Positions 24,743-36,634 are shown, numbered from the stretch's first letter. The stretch: DNA of 64,000 nucleotides from an uncultured Acidobacteriota bacterium (GCA_963796275.1 CAWCKY010000002.1:640001-704000); one strand, 5' to 3'. The notes: a model not told the origin generated them from the sequence alone. A program made the numbers and translations.

Positions 24743-27700
24743 GCTTAACCTCTCCTGACTCCTGGCCATCGCCTCTCATTCCGTGACTGCGGCCTCCGCC
24801 GCCCAGCTCACCATTGGGGTTCGTGATCGACGCCAGGTAGCTCGACCGCGGACGTGTGTTGAGGTCCGCGAGCAGATCGTAATTTCTCGGCTCTTTCTTC
24901 AGCTTCGCAACGCGGCTCTGTTCATCATTTATATCTCCGAAGATGATCGCTTCGGTCGGACACGCCGACTGGCAAGCCGTAAGTATCTCGCCATCCCTTA
25001 CTTTCCGGTCCTGCTTCTCGGCTTCTATCTTCGCGTTCATGATTCGCTGCACGCAGAAGGTGCACTTCTCCATCACTCCGCGGCTGCGGACGGTGACTTC
25101 GGGATTACGCACGTTCTTGAGTGATGGCGTATCCCAGTCGCCGTAGAGAAGATAATTGAACCGCCGGACTTTGTACGGACAGTTGTTCGAACAGTACCGC
25201 GTCCCCACGCAGCGGTTGTAAACCTGTACGTTTAAACCTTCTGCATCGTGAACCGTCGCATTGACCGGACAGACGACCTCACACGGGGCATTCTCACAGT
25301 GCTGGCACATCATCGGTTGAAAATAGACTTCAGGGTTGACCGTGTCGCCCTTGAAGTAAGTGTCGATGCGCAGCCAGTGCATTATTCGCCCTTTACCGAC
25401 CATCTCCTTCCCGACGACCGCGATATTGTTCTCTGACTGGCAGGAGACGACGCACGCATTGCAGCCGATGCACGCGTTCATGTCTATCGTCATGCCCCAC
25501 GCGTAGCCCTTATATTCCCAGGGAGGATACATCGTCGTCTCGTCGTGGGGCACATGCGCACCGTGATGGACTGCGCGCGGGTCTTTCTTGTATTCCTCCA
25601 GAGTCGACGTGCGAACGATATGCCGATCAGCCAGATCGGTTTTACCCTCCATGAACGCGTCACTCCCTACCCCGGTTATATTGCTCGTCTCGATATTGAA
25701 ATGTTCTTGCGTCGATGCGAGTTGATAGCTTCCCCCGCCGACTTCGAAGGCGACTCCCTGGGTCGAAATCCAGGGTGCGCTTGCCGCGCGGATATCGTAA
25801 GTAGCGAATCCAATATCGTTTCCGACATTGCCCGCGCGTTTGCGCCCGTAACCCAGATAGACCGTCACCGTGCCGTCCGGATGACCGGGTTGTACCAGTG
25901 CCGGAATCGTGAGCTCTTTGCCGTTGTTTTTTAACTTGATCAACTTGGCGTTCGCCTGATACGGCTCTTCGTTAGGCGCGAGACCCAAACCATAGGCCGT
26001 CCTCGAGCTGATGATCGCGAAGTTATCCCAGGTTATCTTGTTGAGAGGTTTGGGCAATTCCTGCAGCCAGGGATTGTTGGCGAACCGCCCATCGTGGAGA
26101 TTCGGGTCGAGCCGAAAGACGATTTCGTATTCACCCGTCGGTACGGGTTTGAGGGACGAGGCCCAGTCCGGTTTGAGCGCCAGGGTACTGGGCGGCAACG
26201 CGCTATTGGCTACGATGCCATCATTGAGCGACTGTCTCCAGGCCTGCTCGAAATTGGCCCCAAGCTGCGTCTTCCAGTAATCCTGCACGATGTCATAACT
26301 GGTTTTACCCGCCTGGTCTGACATTGCGGCGAGCAACTCGTGCGGCGATTTGCCCGAATAGAGAGGGATGATCAAGGGTTGAACGATCGAAACCGTCCCA
26401 TCATAAGCGCGCGCATCGCTCCACGATTCGAGGTAATGCAATCCGGCTACGTGCCATTGGCAGTTCGCGCCGGTCTCATCATTGTAGAGCCCCAAATGAA
26501 TGCGCAGCCCGACCTTCTGCATAGCCTCGAGGAAGGTCACATCCTGGCCCGTCTTCTCGTCCTTGAACAGCGGCGCGTTGTAAACCGGGTTGGCCCCGAT
26601 GATCACTAGCATATCGACTCTCGCCGATGTCTTCTCATTCGGCAGCGTCGTGTTCATATCCGCGACCAGATCGGCGATCGATGCGACCTGATCGACAGGA
26701 TTGGCCTCGATCGGATCGGTAATAACCACCGTCTCCCCGATATTGCCGAGAGCATTATTGATCGCGTGGGCGATCGCGTGGACGGAAGCCGGCTGGTGTT
26801 CGCCGGCGATCACGATGCTCTTGCCGCGATGAACCCTTAAGTCTTTGGCAACTGCGTCGACGAACTTCTCTGCTTTCAGGTTTCCGGAAGCAGGAACCTG
26901 AACTCCGATGGCATTGGCGAGCGCGCGCACAAACGAATCGACATCGCTCGCCTTAACGGGCAGCCGGTGATCCGCTTTTGCGCCAGTCGTCGTCAGCGTG
27001 CTTTCGACGACGTAGAGCCGGTTCATCTCGTTCGAGCCATCAACGAGCCTCCGCTTGCCGATGAAGTCGCGGGCGTAACGGACGCTGCCCGGCCCATTGG
27101 TGAGAAAATCGGCGTCGAGTGAAAGGACGACGTCGGCCTTGTCGAACCGGTAAACGGTGTTGACAAATTGGCCATATGCCATCTGGGCGCCCATCCGCGC
27201 CCCGTCGCGGTTCGCGGGTTCGTAGACGTGCCACTTAGCTTGCGGGAATTCGGCCAGCAGCTTCTTCATCTGGTCGGCGAAGGTCGGCGATGTAATCGTC
27301 TCGGTCAATATGCGCAACCCAGCTCCCTGCTTGCTGCGCTGGCCGTCCATCGCCCCTCGCAAGACGCTGAGTAATTCGCCCCATGTGCGCGGATCGCCGA
27401 TATACAGCGTCGACTGCGAACGGTCCGGATCGTAAAGTTCGAGCACGGATGCCTGCTCATAGACGGTCGTCCCGCCCTTGCTGCCGGGGTGATCGACGTT
27501 CCCTTCGATCTTCGTCGGCCTCCCCTCGTGACTCTCGACGAGCAGTCCGTTGGCCACACCGCCCATCGTCATAGCCGTGGCATAGTATTGAGCCTTGCCC
27601 GGAATCAACCCTTCAGGTGTCCTGACATAGGGAACTATGTGTTCTTTCGGCTGGCGTGTGCAGGCGGTGAGACCGGCGAAGGCGAGGGAGGCGCTCATAA

Positions 27701-27914
27701 GCTTAAGAAAATTGCGTCGTCCGACCGGATCGAGCATTGCCGGATCGGCTTCGGGAGCATTGAGCGCCGGAAACTCGCGATGCAGAAATTCGCGAAATCT
27801 CGCAGTACCGGCCAACTCCTCCAGACTCCGCCAATACTCCTGCCCTTTTCTTATCTTTAACTTTCCCTCGATTTGTATGGGTGCGATATCGTTATTTTGG
27901 TCTTGTTGAGACAT
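24735..27914 (-). CDS. actB: Alternative complex III subunit B (molybdopterin-oxidoreductase-like plus Fe-S domain)
   Basis: YWRSLEEL and RRNFLK Tat-variant N-terminus; CIGCNAC, CQHCENAPC, CVGTRYC, CTFC. Confidence 0.95.
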   Translation of the reverse strand: MSQQDQNNDIAPIQIEGKLKIRKGQEYWRSLEELAGTARFREFLHREFPALNAPEADPAMLDPVGRRNFLKLMSASLAFAGLTACTRQPKEHIVPYVRTPEGLIPGKAQYYATAMTMGGVANGLLVESHEGRPTKIEGNVDHPGSKGGTTVYEQASVLELYDPDRSQSTLYIGDPRTWGELLSVLRGAMDGQRSKQGAGLRILTETITSPTFADQMKKLLAEFPQAKWHVYEPANRDGARMGAQMAYGQFVNTVYRFDKADVVLSLDADFLTNGPGSVRYARDFIGKRRLVDGSNEMNRLYVVESTLTTTGAKADHRLPVKASDVDSFVRALANAIGVQVPASGNLKAEKFVDAVAKDLRVHRGKSIVIAGEHQPASVHAIAHAINNALGNIGETVVITDPIEANPVDQVASIADLVADMNTTLPNEKTSARVDMLVIIGANPVYNAPLFKDEKTGQDVTFLEAMQKVGLRIHLGLYNDETGANCQWHVAGLHYLESWSDARAYDGTVSIVQPLIIPLYSGKSPHELLAAMSDQAGKTSYDIVQDYWKTQLGANFEQAWRQSLNDGIVANSALPPSTLALKPDWASSLKPVPTGEYEIVFRLDPNLHDGRFANNPWLQELPKPLNKITWDNFAIISSRTAYGLGLAPNEEPYQANAKLIKLKNNGKELTIPALVQPGHPDGTVTVYLGYGRKRAGNVGNDIGFATYDIRAASAPWISTQGVAFEVGGGSYQLASTQEHFNIETSNITGVGSDAFMEGKTDLADRHIVRTSTLEEYKKDPRAVHHGAHVPHDETTMYPPWEYKGYAWGMTIDMNACIGCNACVVSCQSENNIAVVGKEMVGKGRIMHWLRIDTYFKGDTVNPEVYFQPMMCQHCENAPCEVVCPVNATVHDAEGLNVQVYNRCVGTRYCSNNCPYKVRRFNYLLYGDWDTPSLKNVRNPEVTVRSRGVMEKCTFCVQRIMNAKIEAEKQDRKVRDGEILTACQSACPTEAIIFGDINDEQSRVAKLKKEPRNYDLLADLNTRPRSSYLASITNPNGELGGGGRSHGMRGDGQESGEVKHG

Positions 27915-27923
27915 CTCAATTTA

Positions 27924-28031
27924 CAGTTTTTCAGTTTTCAGTCTTAAGTTTTTAAACGGTTGGATAGGCGCAGTATATTAGAGCAACATGCGCCCAGAAA
28001 ACCGGAAACTTAAAACCGAAAATGAAAACTT
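27924..28031. repeat. Inverted heptamer-repeat array
   Basis: cagtttt/cagtctt/aagtttt versus aaaaccg/gaaactt/aaaaccg between actA and actB. Confidence 0.75.
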
Positions 28032-28032
28032 C

Positions 28033-28722
<690 letters not shown>

Positions 28723-28985
28723 AACTGTATCTCCACTTACCTGACCCGATCCTTGGTTTGATTTTAATACCCTGGGGAGTATGAGAATAATATGTAGTAA
28801 AGCAGGGTAAGACTTAAAAATCGAGAGTTATATCCCTCATCCTTCCCCATGCTCCCCCTGGTTGATTTTTCAACTCAAGACTCGGAGATTCCTAGACTTG
28901 CTTGATCGATCCGAAGCTTGTGAAATTTCGGATTTGTTGAAATGTGGATCATCTATGGAAGAGGGGAAAAAGTCAAGACCTCAAA

Positions 28986-30749
28986 TTAGCTATCTGGACC
29001 TATAGGATTGAAGTTCTGGACACCGCTTCCGATCACCTTTCCCGCTTCGTTCCTGATCTCATAACTATACTGCCCTGTAGCATCTTTTGCGGGGACGAGA
29101 AACGGCACGCTTCCATTCGCGCTCGGGAGCACGGCGATCTTCTCGTCTTGAAAAGTTCCGGCACGGATCGAGACTTTAACATAGCCAATCGCTTGCGAAC
29201 CAGCGATCCCCAGCTCCATCGCAACGCTTTCATTAGTAGACGAAATTTGTCGCGGACTAATTAATAGCTGTCCCGGAGGAATCTCCGAATTGGCATTCTG
29301 AGGTGCGCCGTTGCCATTGCTGTCGCTCGGCACACCGGGAGCTGCCTCCGGCGCCGGCGGCTTTGTGGCGTCGAACGTGCCAGTTACATTGGGCAAGCCC
29401 TGAGGCGAACCACCCGAGACCTCGACGGATGGGCTATTATTACCTCCTGTATCCGTGAGTTTCCAGGTGTTATCGACTGGAGGCGCTCCCCCTTCAAATG
29501 TTTCTGCCTGTTGCTCCGCATCTGCACGATTCGCCGCGATTATGGGTCGCTGCTCTTTGGGTCTCTGGCCGAACGGGACATTACGAATCAACTGGACAGT
29601 CTGCCTCTGGTCATAAACCATCAGCATCAAATCGCCATATGCCCTCTTCACATCATTTATCGGTACAACCTTCTCCTCTTCAGGGTTTAACTCTATCGGC
29701 ACAGGTGCTATGTCATCAGTGTTGTTATCATCGCTGAGCGTGAGACGCGCTACACCGCTGAAGCTCTTCTGCTGATCGAGATTCCGCAGCTTTAACACCA
29801 TCTGCCCATTGTTCATCTCGAGAACGCCGCGCAGCCGCGGTCCTGAGCTCTGTCCTGCATCACTTATCGCCGCCCGGGGGGCCGGTCTGCCCCCTGCTAA
29901 CGGTCTTGTTTCAGCCCTCGAGAGAAAGGACGACATAGAAGGAGTCGATGGCACAGTCGCCAATTGTCTGCTCGTGCGAATCTCCGGCTCGCTATCCTGC
30001 TCTTTATCCTGCTCTTTACGAGTATCGCCGCCGCGCTCGCTTATTAAATTATTGACAGCCTTATTTATGCCGGTATCAACCGCGGTCAGATTGATCGCCA
30101 TATTCACTTTCGGCCTGATGGAACTCATCGCCGCCTGGGTCGACGCTATGACATCGTCCATCGCATTTTTCAACGCGAGGTCGCGACCTGATACCCCTGA
30201 CCGATCAGAATTAGAAGCCGCGCTAATGACTGCCCCTGACGACCCGTTGGTAGGGCTGAGCCCTACTATGGCGGCTTCCGGTTTTATCGAATTTTTCTCC
30301 GTAAGGTTGATCGGGCAATAGGCTCCTATCGGAGTGCTGCGCAGCTCGATCGGCAGGAGCGTTGTCTGCTTCTTTTTGGAGGCTTCCATCATTAATGAGT
30401 ATAACGGCGCCTCATAGGCCGTAATCGAGCAGGTATCGAGCAACCCGGAATCGAGCAGGTTATCGGCAAAGCCGCGAGCCATGTCCAGATTTGCGAATTT
30501 GCCCACCCGTACTCGATAATAATCTCCCAGCTTCGACTGGGTGGTCTTCAACCAGTAGGCGTCTAAACCACGCGCAGCCAATCCATTAACAAGCTCGACG
30601 GCGCAATCTCGCGATGATAAAGCCGCAACCTCTACCGCAAACTCTTTTCCCTGCGAAAACGCATCACACGGCGCGAGGAACATGCTCACAAAGAAAATCG
30701 CCGAGCAAATATAGATATTCCATCCCTTTAGGTTCTTCACTTTATGCAC
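28986..30749 (-). CDS. Secreted SPOR-domain protein
   Basis: Signal peptide; FAVEVAAL...YYRVRVGKF SPOR motif; long low-complexity linkers. Confidence 0.75.
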   Translation of the reverse strand: MHKVKNLKGWNIYICSAIFFVSMFLAPCDAFSQGKEFAVEVAALSSRDCAVELVNGLAARGLDAYWLKTTQSKLGDYYRVRVGKFANLDMARGFADNLLDSGLLDTCSITAYEAPLYSLMMEASKKKQTTLLPIELRSTPIGAYCPINLTEKNSIKPEAAIVGLSPTNGSSGAVISAASNSDRSGVSGRDLALKNAMDDVIASTQAAMSSIRPKVNMAINLTAVDTGINKAVNNLISERGGDTRKEQDKEQDSEPEIRTSRQLATVPSTPSMSSFLSRAETRPLAGGRPAPRAAISDAGQSSGPRLRGVLEMNNGQMVLKLRNLDQQKSFSGVARLTLSDDNNTDDIAPVPIELNPEEEKVVPINDVKRAYGDLMLMVYDQRQTVQLIRNVPFGQRPKEQRPIIAANRADAEQQAETFEGGAPPVDNTWKLTDTGGNNSPSVEVSGGSPQGLPNVTGTFDATKPPAPEAAPGVPSDSNGNGAPQNANSEIPPGQLLISPRQISSTNESVAMELGIAGSQAIGYVKVSIRAGTFQDEKIAVLPSANGSVPFLVPAKDATGQYSYEIRNEAGKVIGSGVQNFNPIGPDS

Positions 30750-30837
30750 CTTTGGCGTCTCGAATGTTTCAAGATCGTGAGGGACTATTTGCGGATGGCA
30801 ACGCAGCTTCGGGACAATCGGGGTAACGGAGTAATTT

Positions 30838-31072
30838 TATCAGCAATTACTATCAGCAATTAACAGCCGATCTGGTCGTTGCTGATGTCTTCTATGTCTT
30901 CTATGTCTTCTATGTCTTCTATGCTCTATCTATCTTCTTACTACTTATATCTTCTTAGTACTTATATCTTTATATTTTCTTTTTCCTGATATTTTCTTTT
31001 TCCTGTCCGATCGATCTATCTTATCTCTTCTTTAGCTGTTCTCTATCTCTTCTCTGTCTTGTCTCTATTTTA
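30838..31072. repeat. Pyrimidine-rich low-complexity tract with several tandem duplications
   Basis: tatcagcaatta x2; atgtcttct x4; cttcttaStacttatat x2; atattttctttttcctg x2. Confidence 0.85.
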
Positions 31073-31294
31073 TGTGATTTTTACTCCAGGGGTCAGTGAG
31101 AAAATCTGTATTCAGATAATAGCAGAACCTTATATTAGTTCTCAATAGCTTTCCTTATTATGAAGATACAAATTCTTGCAGACTTGATCAGGGTTTCCTA
31201 ATGAAATAGAATATTAATTCTCCCTTCCCCAACTCAGCGTTCAAAACAGGCAACGAAATGAAACTTGGAAACAATCAGGAAGGAGATATTAATC

Positions 31295-31570
31295 ATGAGA
31301 GATAGTTTTCTATTTAAAGTGATTCGAACCGGATTACTGCTATTGTCGCTGGCGATACCGCTGGGGATGATAACAGCCGCTCAAACTCCGACCGCGACGC
31401 CTTACACATATTCTCGTACCGAGAGCATCGAGAGAGGCAGTGGGGACAATTGGGGATGGATCGGTTTACTCGGTTTAGCCGGGTTACTCGGATTAATGCG
31501 AAGGCGAGAGAGCCATACCCGCGAGCAGGTTCGAACAGCGGATACAACGGCTGGGAGAAGCAGTTATTAA
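31295..31570 (+). CDS. WGxxGxxG family small membrane-anchored protein
   Basis: AGGAG RBS, signal peptide, WGWIGLLGLAGLLGLMRRR tail. Confidence 0.85.
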   Translation: MRDSFLFKVIRTGLLLLSLAIPLGMITAAQTPTATPYTYSRTESIERGSGDNWGWIGLLGLAGLLGLMRRRESHTREQVRTADTTAGRSSY

Positions 31571-31583
31571 TCCCATTGCGTGA

Positions 31584-31618
31584 ATGCCCGATTATGGCCA
31601 TTGTCCATAATCGGGCAT
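31584..31618. terminator. Perfect 14-bp hairpin between convergent genes
   Basis: atgcccgattatgg / ccataatcgggcat. Confidence 0.8.
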
Positions 31619-31629
31619 CGCTTTTCAGA

Positions 31630-32646
31630 TCAAACTTTCACAATTACCCGGTGCAAACCGGTGGCTCCGGAGGGGAAGCTGCCGGTATAGCTCTCATCCT
31701 GGGCCTTTCCCGAACCGTCTTTCACACGGGCTGTAAGGATCAATTCACCTTTTTTCTGAGGCTGCCACGCATACTCCCAGGTCGACCAGGCATTTGGGAA
31801 GCGCTCGCTCGTTATTTTTGCCTCTTTCCAGGATTTCCCCTCGTCATCGCTTAGTTCAACCATTCCGACAGGTTGGCCACCGCAATAAGCGATCCCTGTA
31901 ACCATCCATTTCCCATCGGTTTGCGAGACTGCCGAATCGACCCGCGCCATCATCCTCACATTGCATTCGCCACACCAACCGCGTTTTTCCCAGTAGCCGG
32001 ATTCGCTTCGATCAGTGACCTCGATCTTGCTCAACCAGCGAGGCTGCTTCATCCCATAAATATTGGGCAGCAGCACGCGCGCCGGGAACCCATGTTCGCC
32101 CGGCAAGGGTTCGCCATTCATCTCATAGGCGATGAAAGATTGGTCGCTCATGGCGACCTCGAGCGGAACGCTGGAATAGAAGCCATCAAGCGCGTGGAAG
32201 ACCACTCTCAACCCATCCTTTTTCTGTGTTATGACTTTGGCGATTACGGGAGCGAGCGGTGTCACCGTCCATTCGGCATTACCGATCGATGATCCGCCGA
32301 CCGCATTTCCGACGCACTCGAAAGTCTTAAAAACGCGCCGTTTCTCGAGATTCAACAATTCTGCATAGTTGAGTTTGTAGTTGCGCGACTCGAGCCCTAC
32401 TACTTCCAGTCGCCAGATATCCCGATTGGTTTTTGCCGTATACCCGGGATATATGCAGATCGTGTAAAAATCATCGTTCTCCGTAACGTATTTCGTTTCC
32501 CGCTGAGCTATCGGGCGCGGGCGGTCGCGCCACCATCGATACCCGAAGTAAGAGCCGGTCATGCCGATGGCGCCCAATAGAAATCTGCGACGCCCGGACT
32601 TCTTTCGGCTTTCCTCTAACTGTTTGATCGAATCGAAGAGTGCCAT
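31630..32646 (-). CDS. Sulfite oxidase family molybdopterin oxidoreductase (Tat-exported)
   Basis: RRRFLL, FECVGN, YEMNGEPLPGEHGFPAR, YGMKQPRWL. Confidence 0.88.
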   Translation of the reverse strand: MALFDSIKQLEESRKKSGRRRFLLGAIGMTGSYFGYRWWRDRPRPIAQRETKYVTENDDFYTICIYPGYTAKTNRDIWRLEVVGLESRNYKLNYAELLNLEKRRVFKTFECVGNAVGGSSIGNAEWTVTPLAPVIAKVITQKKDGLRVVFHALDGFYSSVPLEVAMSDQSFIAYEMNGEPLPGEHGFPARVLLPNIYGMKQPRWLSKIEVTDRSESGYWEKRGWCGECNVRMMARVDSAVSQTDGKWMVTGIAYCGGQPVGMVELSDDEGKSWKEAKITSERFPNAWSTWEYAWQPQKKGELILTARVKDGSGKAQDESYTGSFPSGATGLHRVIVKV

Positions 32647-32769
32647 ATCATTTTTCCTATGAATATTCCGAAGAAGGTAGACAGAATTCCCGGACTGGAA
32701 TTACAAGATACATCACCAATCGGTCCACCAAACATTCCGGTAAAATTCTGCCTGTTAATCCATCAAAAT

Positions 32770-35289
32770 TTATCGTCCCATCGGATTTTCCGGCCAGGCG
32801 TGGCGCGGATACTTCCGGCTCAACTCGCGGCGCACCTGCGGATACATCCGCTCCCAGAAGCCGGCTAAATCTGTTGTCACCTGAACGGGTCTTCGATTAG
32901 GGGCGAGTAGATGCAACACGAGCGGAACTCGTCCGCCCGCGATCCTTGGGCCTTCTGTCATGCCGAAAAAATCCTGTAGGCGTGACTCAATCCACGGAGG
33001 TTTTCCACGCTCGTAGTTTACGCGTACCTGGCGGCGTCCTGCAATCGCGACGTCCTCCGGCGCATCCCGAGAGAGCAATCGCTTCTGTTCCGGATTCAAT
33101 TTTCGCCGCATTGATTCGATCAGGCCGCCGCGACCTGCAGCCTCCCGCAATTGAGCGAAACTGTTCAACCCGGCACATAAGGCGATCAAGGCTTCACGCA
33201 CAACGGAATCATCAATTATCGGCAGCCCGGCTTCGGGAAATGTGCGGGCGACGAAATCTATCCGAGCGATAAATTTTTCAACTACATCCGAATCCACGAA
33301 TCTCTGCAGTCCGGCGGCCAGCGCCGCTTCGGCGAGAATTTTCGCGGCCTCATCGCTGTCCGTTTGACTCGCCCTGGCCTCATCGACGACGAGTTGGTCG
33401 TAGAGCAATCGTTTGACGATCTCGACGCGTTCGGTTTGCGCATTCCACTGACAATCGGTCGTCTCGCGCATTTGATCGGAGAAAAGATCGATCAGCCATT
33501 CGGGCTCGATCGCGCTCGCAATGCGCACCAGCTTGCCCGCTTCCCGCCGCTCTTCGGCGTCGACCGCAACCATGAATTCGGATTTCATCACGACACTAGA
33601 TGAAGAGAGCGAAGCAGCCCCGCCGTTCGATAAGAGCAAATCGGCGTTGCCCGATTTCAATGACCTGCGCCTCGCCACGCGGTCGGGATACCCCGCGAGT
33701 ATCGAGATCAGGATATCTGACTCCTCCTCCGTTGAAACAGCCGCATCGTTTTTTTCGACCAACCTCTGAAGCTGTTTTCGCACTCTCTCAACTGCCATCA
33801 CAGCTCCAGCTTCTAAATCATGCAACCCCGAGAAATTCGAACTGGCGGCTCGTTCAAACAGGTCCAAACGATCAAGCAGATCGCTCGGGCCGGCGGTCTG
33901 AGCCCGTCGCCGTTCATCTTTGAAAAGATCCGTCGCGACTATATCTCTTTCGCCGATCAAGGCCGCAATGATCGAAACCTGTTGGCCCACGCCTCGCGAT
34001 CGCGCCTCATCGATCATGCGTGACTGGCGGGGATGTAACGGAAAGCGGAGCATACGGGCGCCGGCTGGGGTGACGTCACCGCTCTCATCGATCGCGCCGA
34101 GCCTCTTCAACAAATTATCCGCGGCATCTATGGCGCGCTGCGGCGGTTGTTCGAACCATTCAAAGACGCGAACATCGGAAATCCCGGCAGCGTGCAGTTC
34201 GAGCGCGGGCTCAGCCAGATCGAGTCGGTGAATTTCCGCAGTTTCGTAATCCGGGCGGGCGTTAAAATCCTGCGCGGTATATAGTCTCAGACATCTTCCC
34301 GGACGCGTACGTCCGGCCCTTCCGGCTCGCTGCTCCGCCGAAGCCCTGCTGATCCGTGACACATTCAAAGTCGGAAGGCCCGACCACGGCGAATGCCCGG
34401 CAATTCGCGCCAGACCTGAATCGATCACGGCCGCCACGCCATCGATGGTCACCGAACTTTCGGCAACATTTGTCGAAAGGATCAACTTGCGTTGCGCGGC
34501 TGGCCGTACCGCCATGTCCTGTTGGGCAGCGGACAGCTCGCCGTGGAGCGGCAGCATCAGCAGGTCGTGGCCTTCTGCAACCGTGGAACACGCCTTCTGT
34601 GCCTTCCTGATCTCCGCCGCTCCCGGCAGAAATACGAGGATGTCGCCATCGATTTTCTCGTCCGCCAACCGCTTTACCGCCGCTGCTATCTGTGCCGCCA
34701 CCGGTCGATCGTCCGGTCGCATCAGATGTTCGATCGCAACCTCGAACTGCTTCCCTTCCGATCTCAGCGTAGGGGCGTTCCCCAGGTATGCGGCGATGGG
34801 GGCGGCCGCGAGAGTCGCGGACATCACGACCAATTTAAGATCAGGCCTTTTGCCATTCTGTAACCGGCGCAAAAGTGCGAGCGCCAGGTCGGCGTGCAGA
34901 TGGCGTTCGTGGAACTCATCTAGCACGACGAGCCCGACATTTGCGAGGTGCGGATTAGAAAGCAATCTTCGGGTCAATACTCCCTCGGTTAAAAACCGCA
35001 GGCGCGTGCGCGGCCCGGCGACCTCTTCAAATCGCACCTGATATCCGATCGTTTCGCCCAATTTTTCTCCTCGCTCCTCGGCGACCCGGCGAGCGGCCAG
35101 ACGGGCAGCCAGTCTCCTGGGTTCGAGCACCCAGACCTCGCCGTCACCGGCCAGTCCGGCATCGAGCAATGCCGTTGGCACACGAGTCGTTTTTCCCGCG
35201 CCCGGCGGAGCTTCAATAACGAGATGCGGATTTCGGCTCAATTGCTGGATGATGTCGGGAAGGAGCGAATCGATGGGTAGGGACTGCAT
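32770..35289 (-). CDS. hrpB: ATP-dependent RNA helicase HrpB
   Basis: APPGAGKTT, DEFHER, MSAT, QRAGRAGR, C-terminal VTTDLAGFW..YPRHAWP. Confidence 0.95.
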   Translation of the reverse strand: MQSLPIDSLLPDIIQQLSRNPHLVIEAPPGAGKTTRVPTALLDAGLAGDGEVWVLEPRRLAARLAARRVAEERGEKLGETIGYQVRFEEVAGPRTRLRFLTEGVLTRRLLSNPHLANVGLVVLDEFHERHLHADLALALLRRLQNGKRPDLKLVVMSATLAAAPIAAYLGNAPTLRSEGKQFEVAIEHLMRPDDRPVAAQIAAAVKRLADEKIDGDILVFLPGAAEIRKAQKACSTVAEGHDLLMLPLHGELSAAQQDMAVRPAAQRKLILSTNVAESSVTIDGVAAVIDSGLARIAGHSPWSGLPTLNVSRISRASAEQRAGRAGRTRPGRCLRLYTAQDFNARPDYETAEIHRLDLAEPALELHAAGISDVRVFEWFEQPPQRAIDAADNLLKRLGAIDESGDVTPAGARMLRFPLHPRQSRMIDEARSRGVGQQVSIIAALIGERDIVATDLFKDERRRAQTAGPSDLLDRLDLFERAASSNFSGLHDLEAGAVMAVERVRKQLQRLVEKNDAAVSTEEESDILISILAGYPDRVARRRSLKSGNADLLLSNGGAASLSSSSVVMKSEFMVAVDAEERREAGKLVRIASAIEPEWLIDLFSDQMRETTDCQWNAQTERVEIVKRLLYDQLVVDEARASQTDSDEAAKILAEAALAAGLQRFVDSDVVEKFIARIDFVARTFPEAGLPIIDDSVVREALIALCAGLNSFAQLREAAGRGGLIESMRRKLNPEQKRLLSRDAPEDVAIAGRRQVRVNYERGKPPWIESRLQDFFGMTEGPRIAGGRVPLVLHLLAPNRRPVQVTTDLAGFWERMYPQVRRELSRKYPRHAWPENPMGR

Positions 35290-35319
35290 TCGACTTGAAT
35301 TCAGTTTGAGACGTGCTAA

Positions 35320-35407
35320 TCATTTTTCATCGTTCATTCGTCATTTGTCATCTGGTTTTTTTGTAAACCTTCAATGACAAATGACAGATGAACGATGAAA
35401 ATGAAAT
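35320..35407. repeat. Inverted heptamer-repeat array
   Basis: cattttt catcgtt cattcgt catttgt versus aatgaca aatgaca gatgaac gatgaaa. Confidence 0.85.
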
Positions 35408-36462
35408 CACTTATGTGACGTGTTCTGATAGTGCGCGCGCAGCAGGTCCTCACCGAAATCGCCGTTGAAATCGCGCCAGGTCGTATGAATATGGTTGGCG
35501 TTGTTCTGCGTGTCGTCGTATTCGATGAGAAATGTCGGGCCCTGGATGCGATAGTAATGCGGCTCGCCGCGATTGGTGCCGCCGGCCCAGGCGAAATGGA
35601 CCTTATCCGTTCCCGCCTCACGAACCTTTTTCCTCCGCTCATCCGCGATATCTTGCGGCATACGCGAGAAGTATTCTTCCATCAGTTTGTTGAGCAGGTC
35701 TTTCTGCTGCTTTGTCATCTGGGCCGCCGCCACGCCTTCCGGTTTGAGCGGATCGGCTTTCTTCGAATTGCCCGTGATGACATCGCGCGGCGCGGTTTTA
35801 TCGAAGATCGCCGTCGAGCGCTGTTTTTCATCGAGCGCCAGGATCAACTCGCGTCCTCGGTCCTCTTCGGCGGCAAGCGCGCGCAGCCCCTGGCGCGGCC
35901 CCTGTTTCACCTCAGCCGGATTCGCGCCGAAAAAGAACGGCGTATTCGCGATCAGTTCGCCTTTAACAACCGTGAAATTGAGCGCGAGGTGGTGGCCTTC
36001 GAAGCGCCAACCCCAGACGTTTTTAGTCGAAGGTTCGCCGAAGATCGAGAAAAAATAGAGCTCCGGATCACGTACCGGACCGCTTCCCTTCTCCAGCTCT
36101 TTCAGGATCGGCTCGAGACTCATGATCGTGGTGGCTTTCTGATAACCGTTGGCGCTCAGCCCGCTCTTCATGAATTCGATGGCGGCCTTGCGCTGCTCCG
36201 CACTCAACTCCTTGATGGGCAGGCCCTGACGAGCGCGGGGGATGAAATGCCAATCGTACCGCTGCTGGTCATCGAAACGGAAAACAGCTTTTGCCTTTTG
36301 TTCCGGTGATAGTACGGAGAGAAATTTATTCGCGCTATCCGCCATAGCGGCAGCCGAGCGAAGGCGGGCTATCCCGTCGACGATCGAGTATGAGATGAGC
36401 AAAACTGCGCCCATGCAGGAGAGTGTGAGTGAGATGATCCTCAGGGTTTTCAGCGTTTTCAT
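35407..36462 (-). CDS. DUF3500 domain protein
   Basis: WGWRFEGHHL, YYRIQGPTFLIEYD, NANHIH. Confidence 0.88.
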   Translation of the reverse strand: MKTLKTLRIISLTLSCMGAVLLISYSIVDGIARLRSAAAMADSANKFLSVLSPEQKAKAVFRFDDQQRYDWHFIPRARQGLPIKELSAEQRKAAIEFMKSGLSANGYQKATTIMSLEPILKELEKGSGPVRDPELYFFSIFGEPSTKNVWGWRFEGHHLALNFTVVKGELIANTPFFFGANPAEVKQGPRQGLRALAAEEDRGRELILALDEKQRSTAIFDKTAPRDVITGNSKKADPLKPEGVAAAQMTKQQKDLLNKLMEEYFSRMPQDIADERRKKVREAGTDKVHFAWAGGTNRGEPHYYRIQGPTFLIEYDDTQNNANHIHTTWRDFNGDFGEDLLRAHYQNTSHK

Positions 36463-36634
36463 CTTTGTCCTCCGGGCTTGTTCAATATTCGAGATATGGT
36501 ATGCCGCAAATCTAAGCTGACTCTATACGCAAGTCAATAAGCGCCGAAGAATAAATCGCTCTTGCCAAGCCAGGACATCTCACTTATCGTTTTCGCATCA
36601 AATCTCAACATCAGATCACAAGGAGAAAATATAA

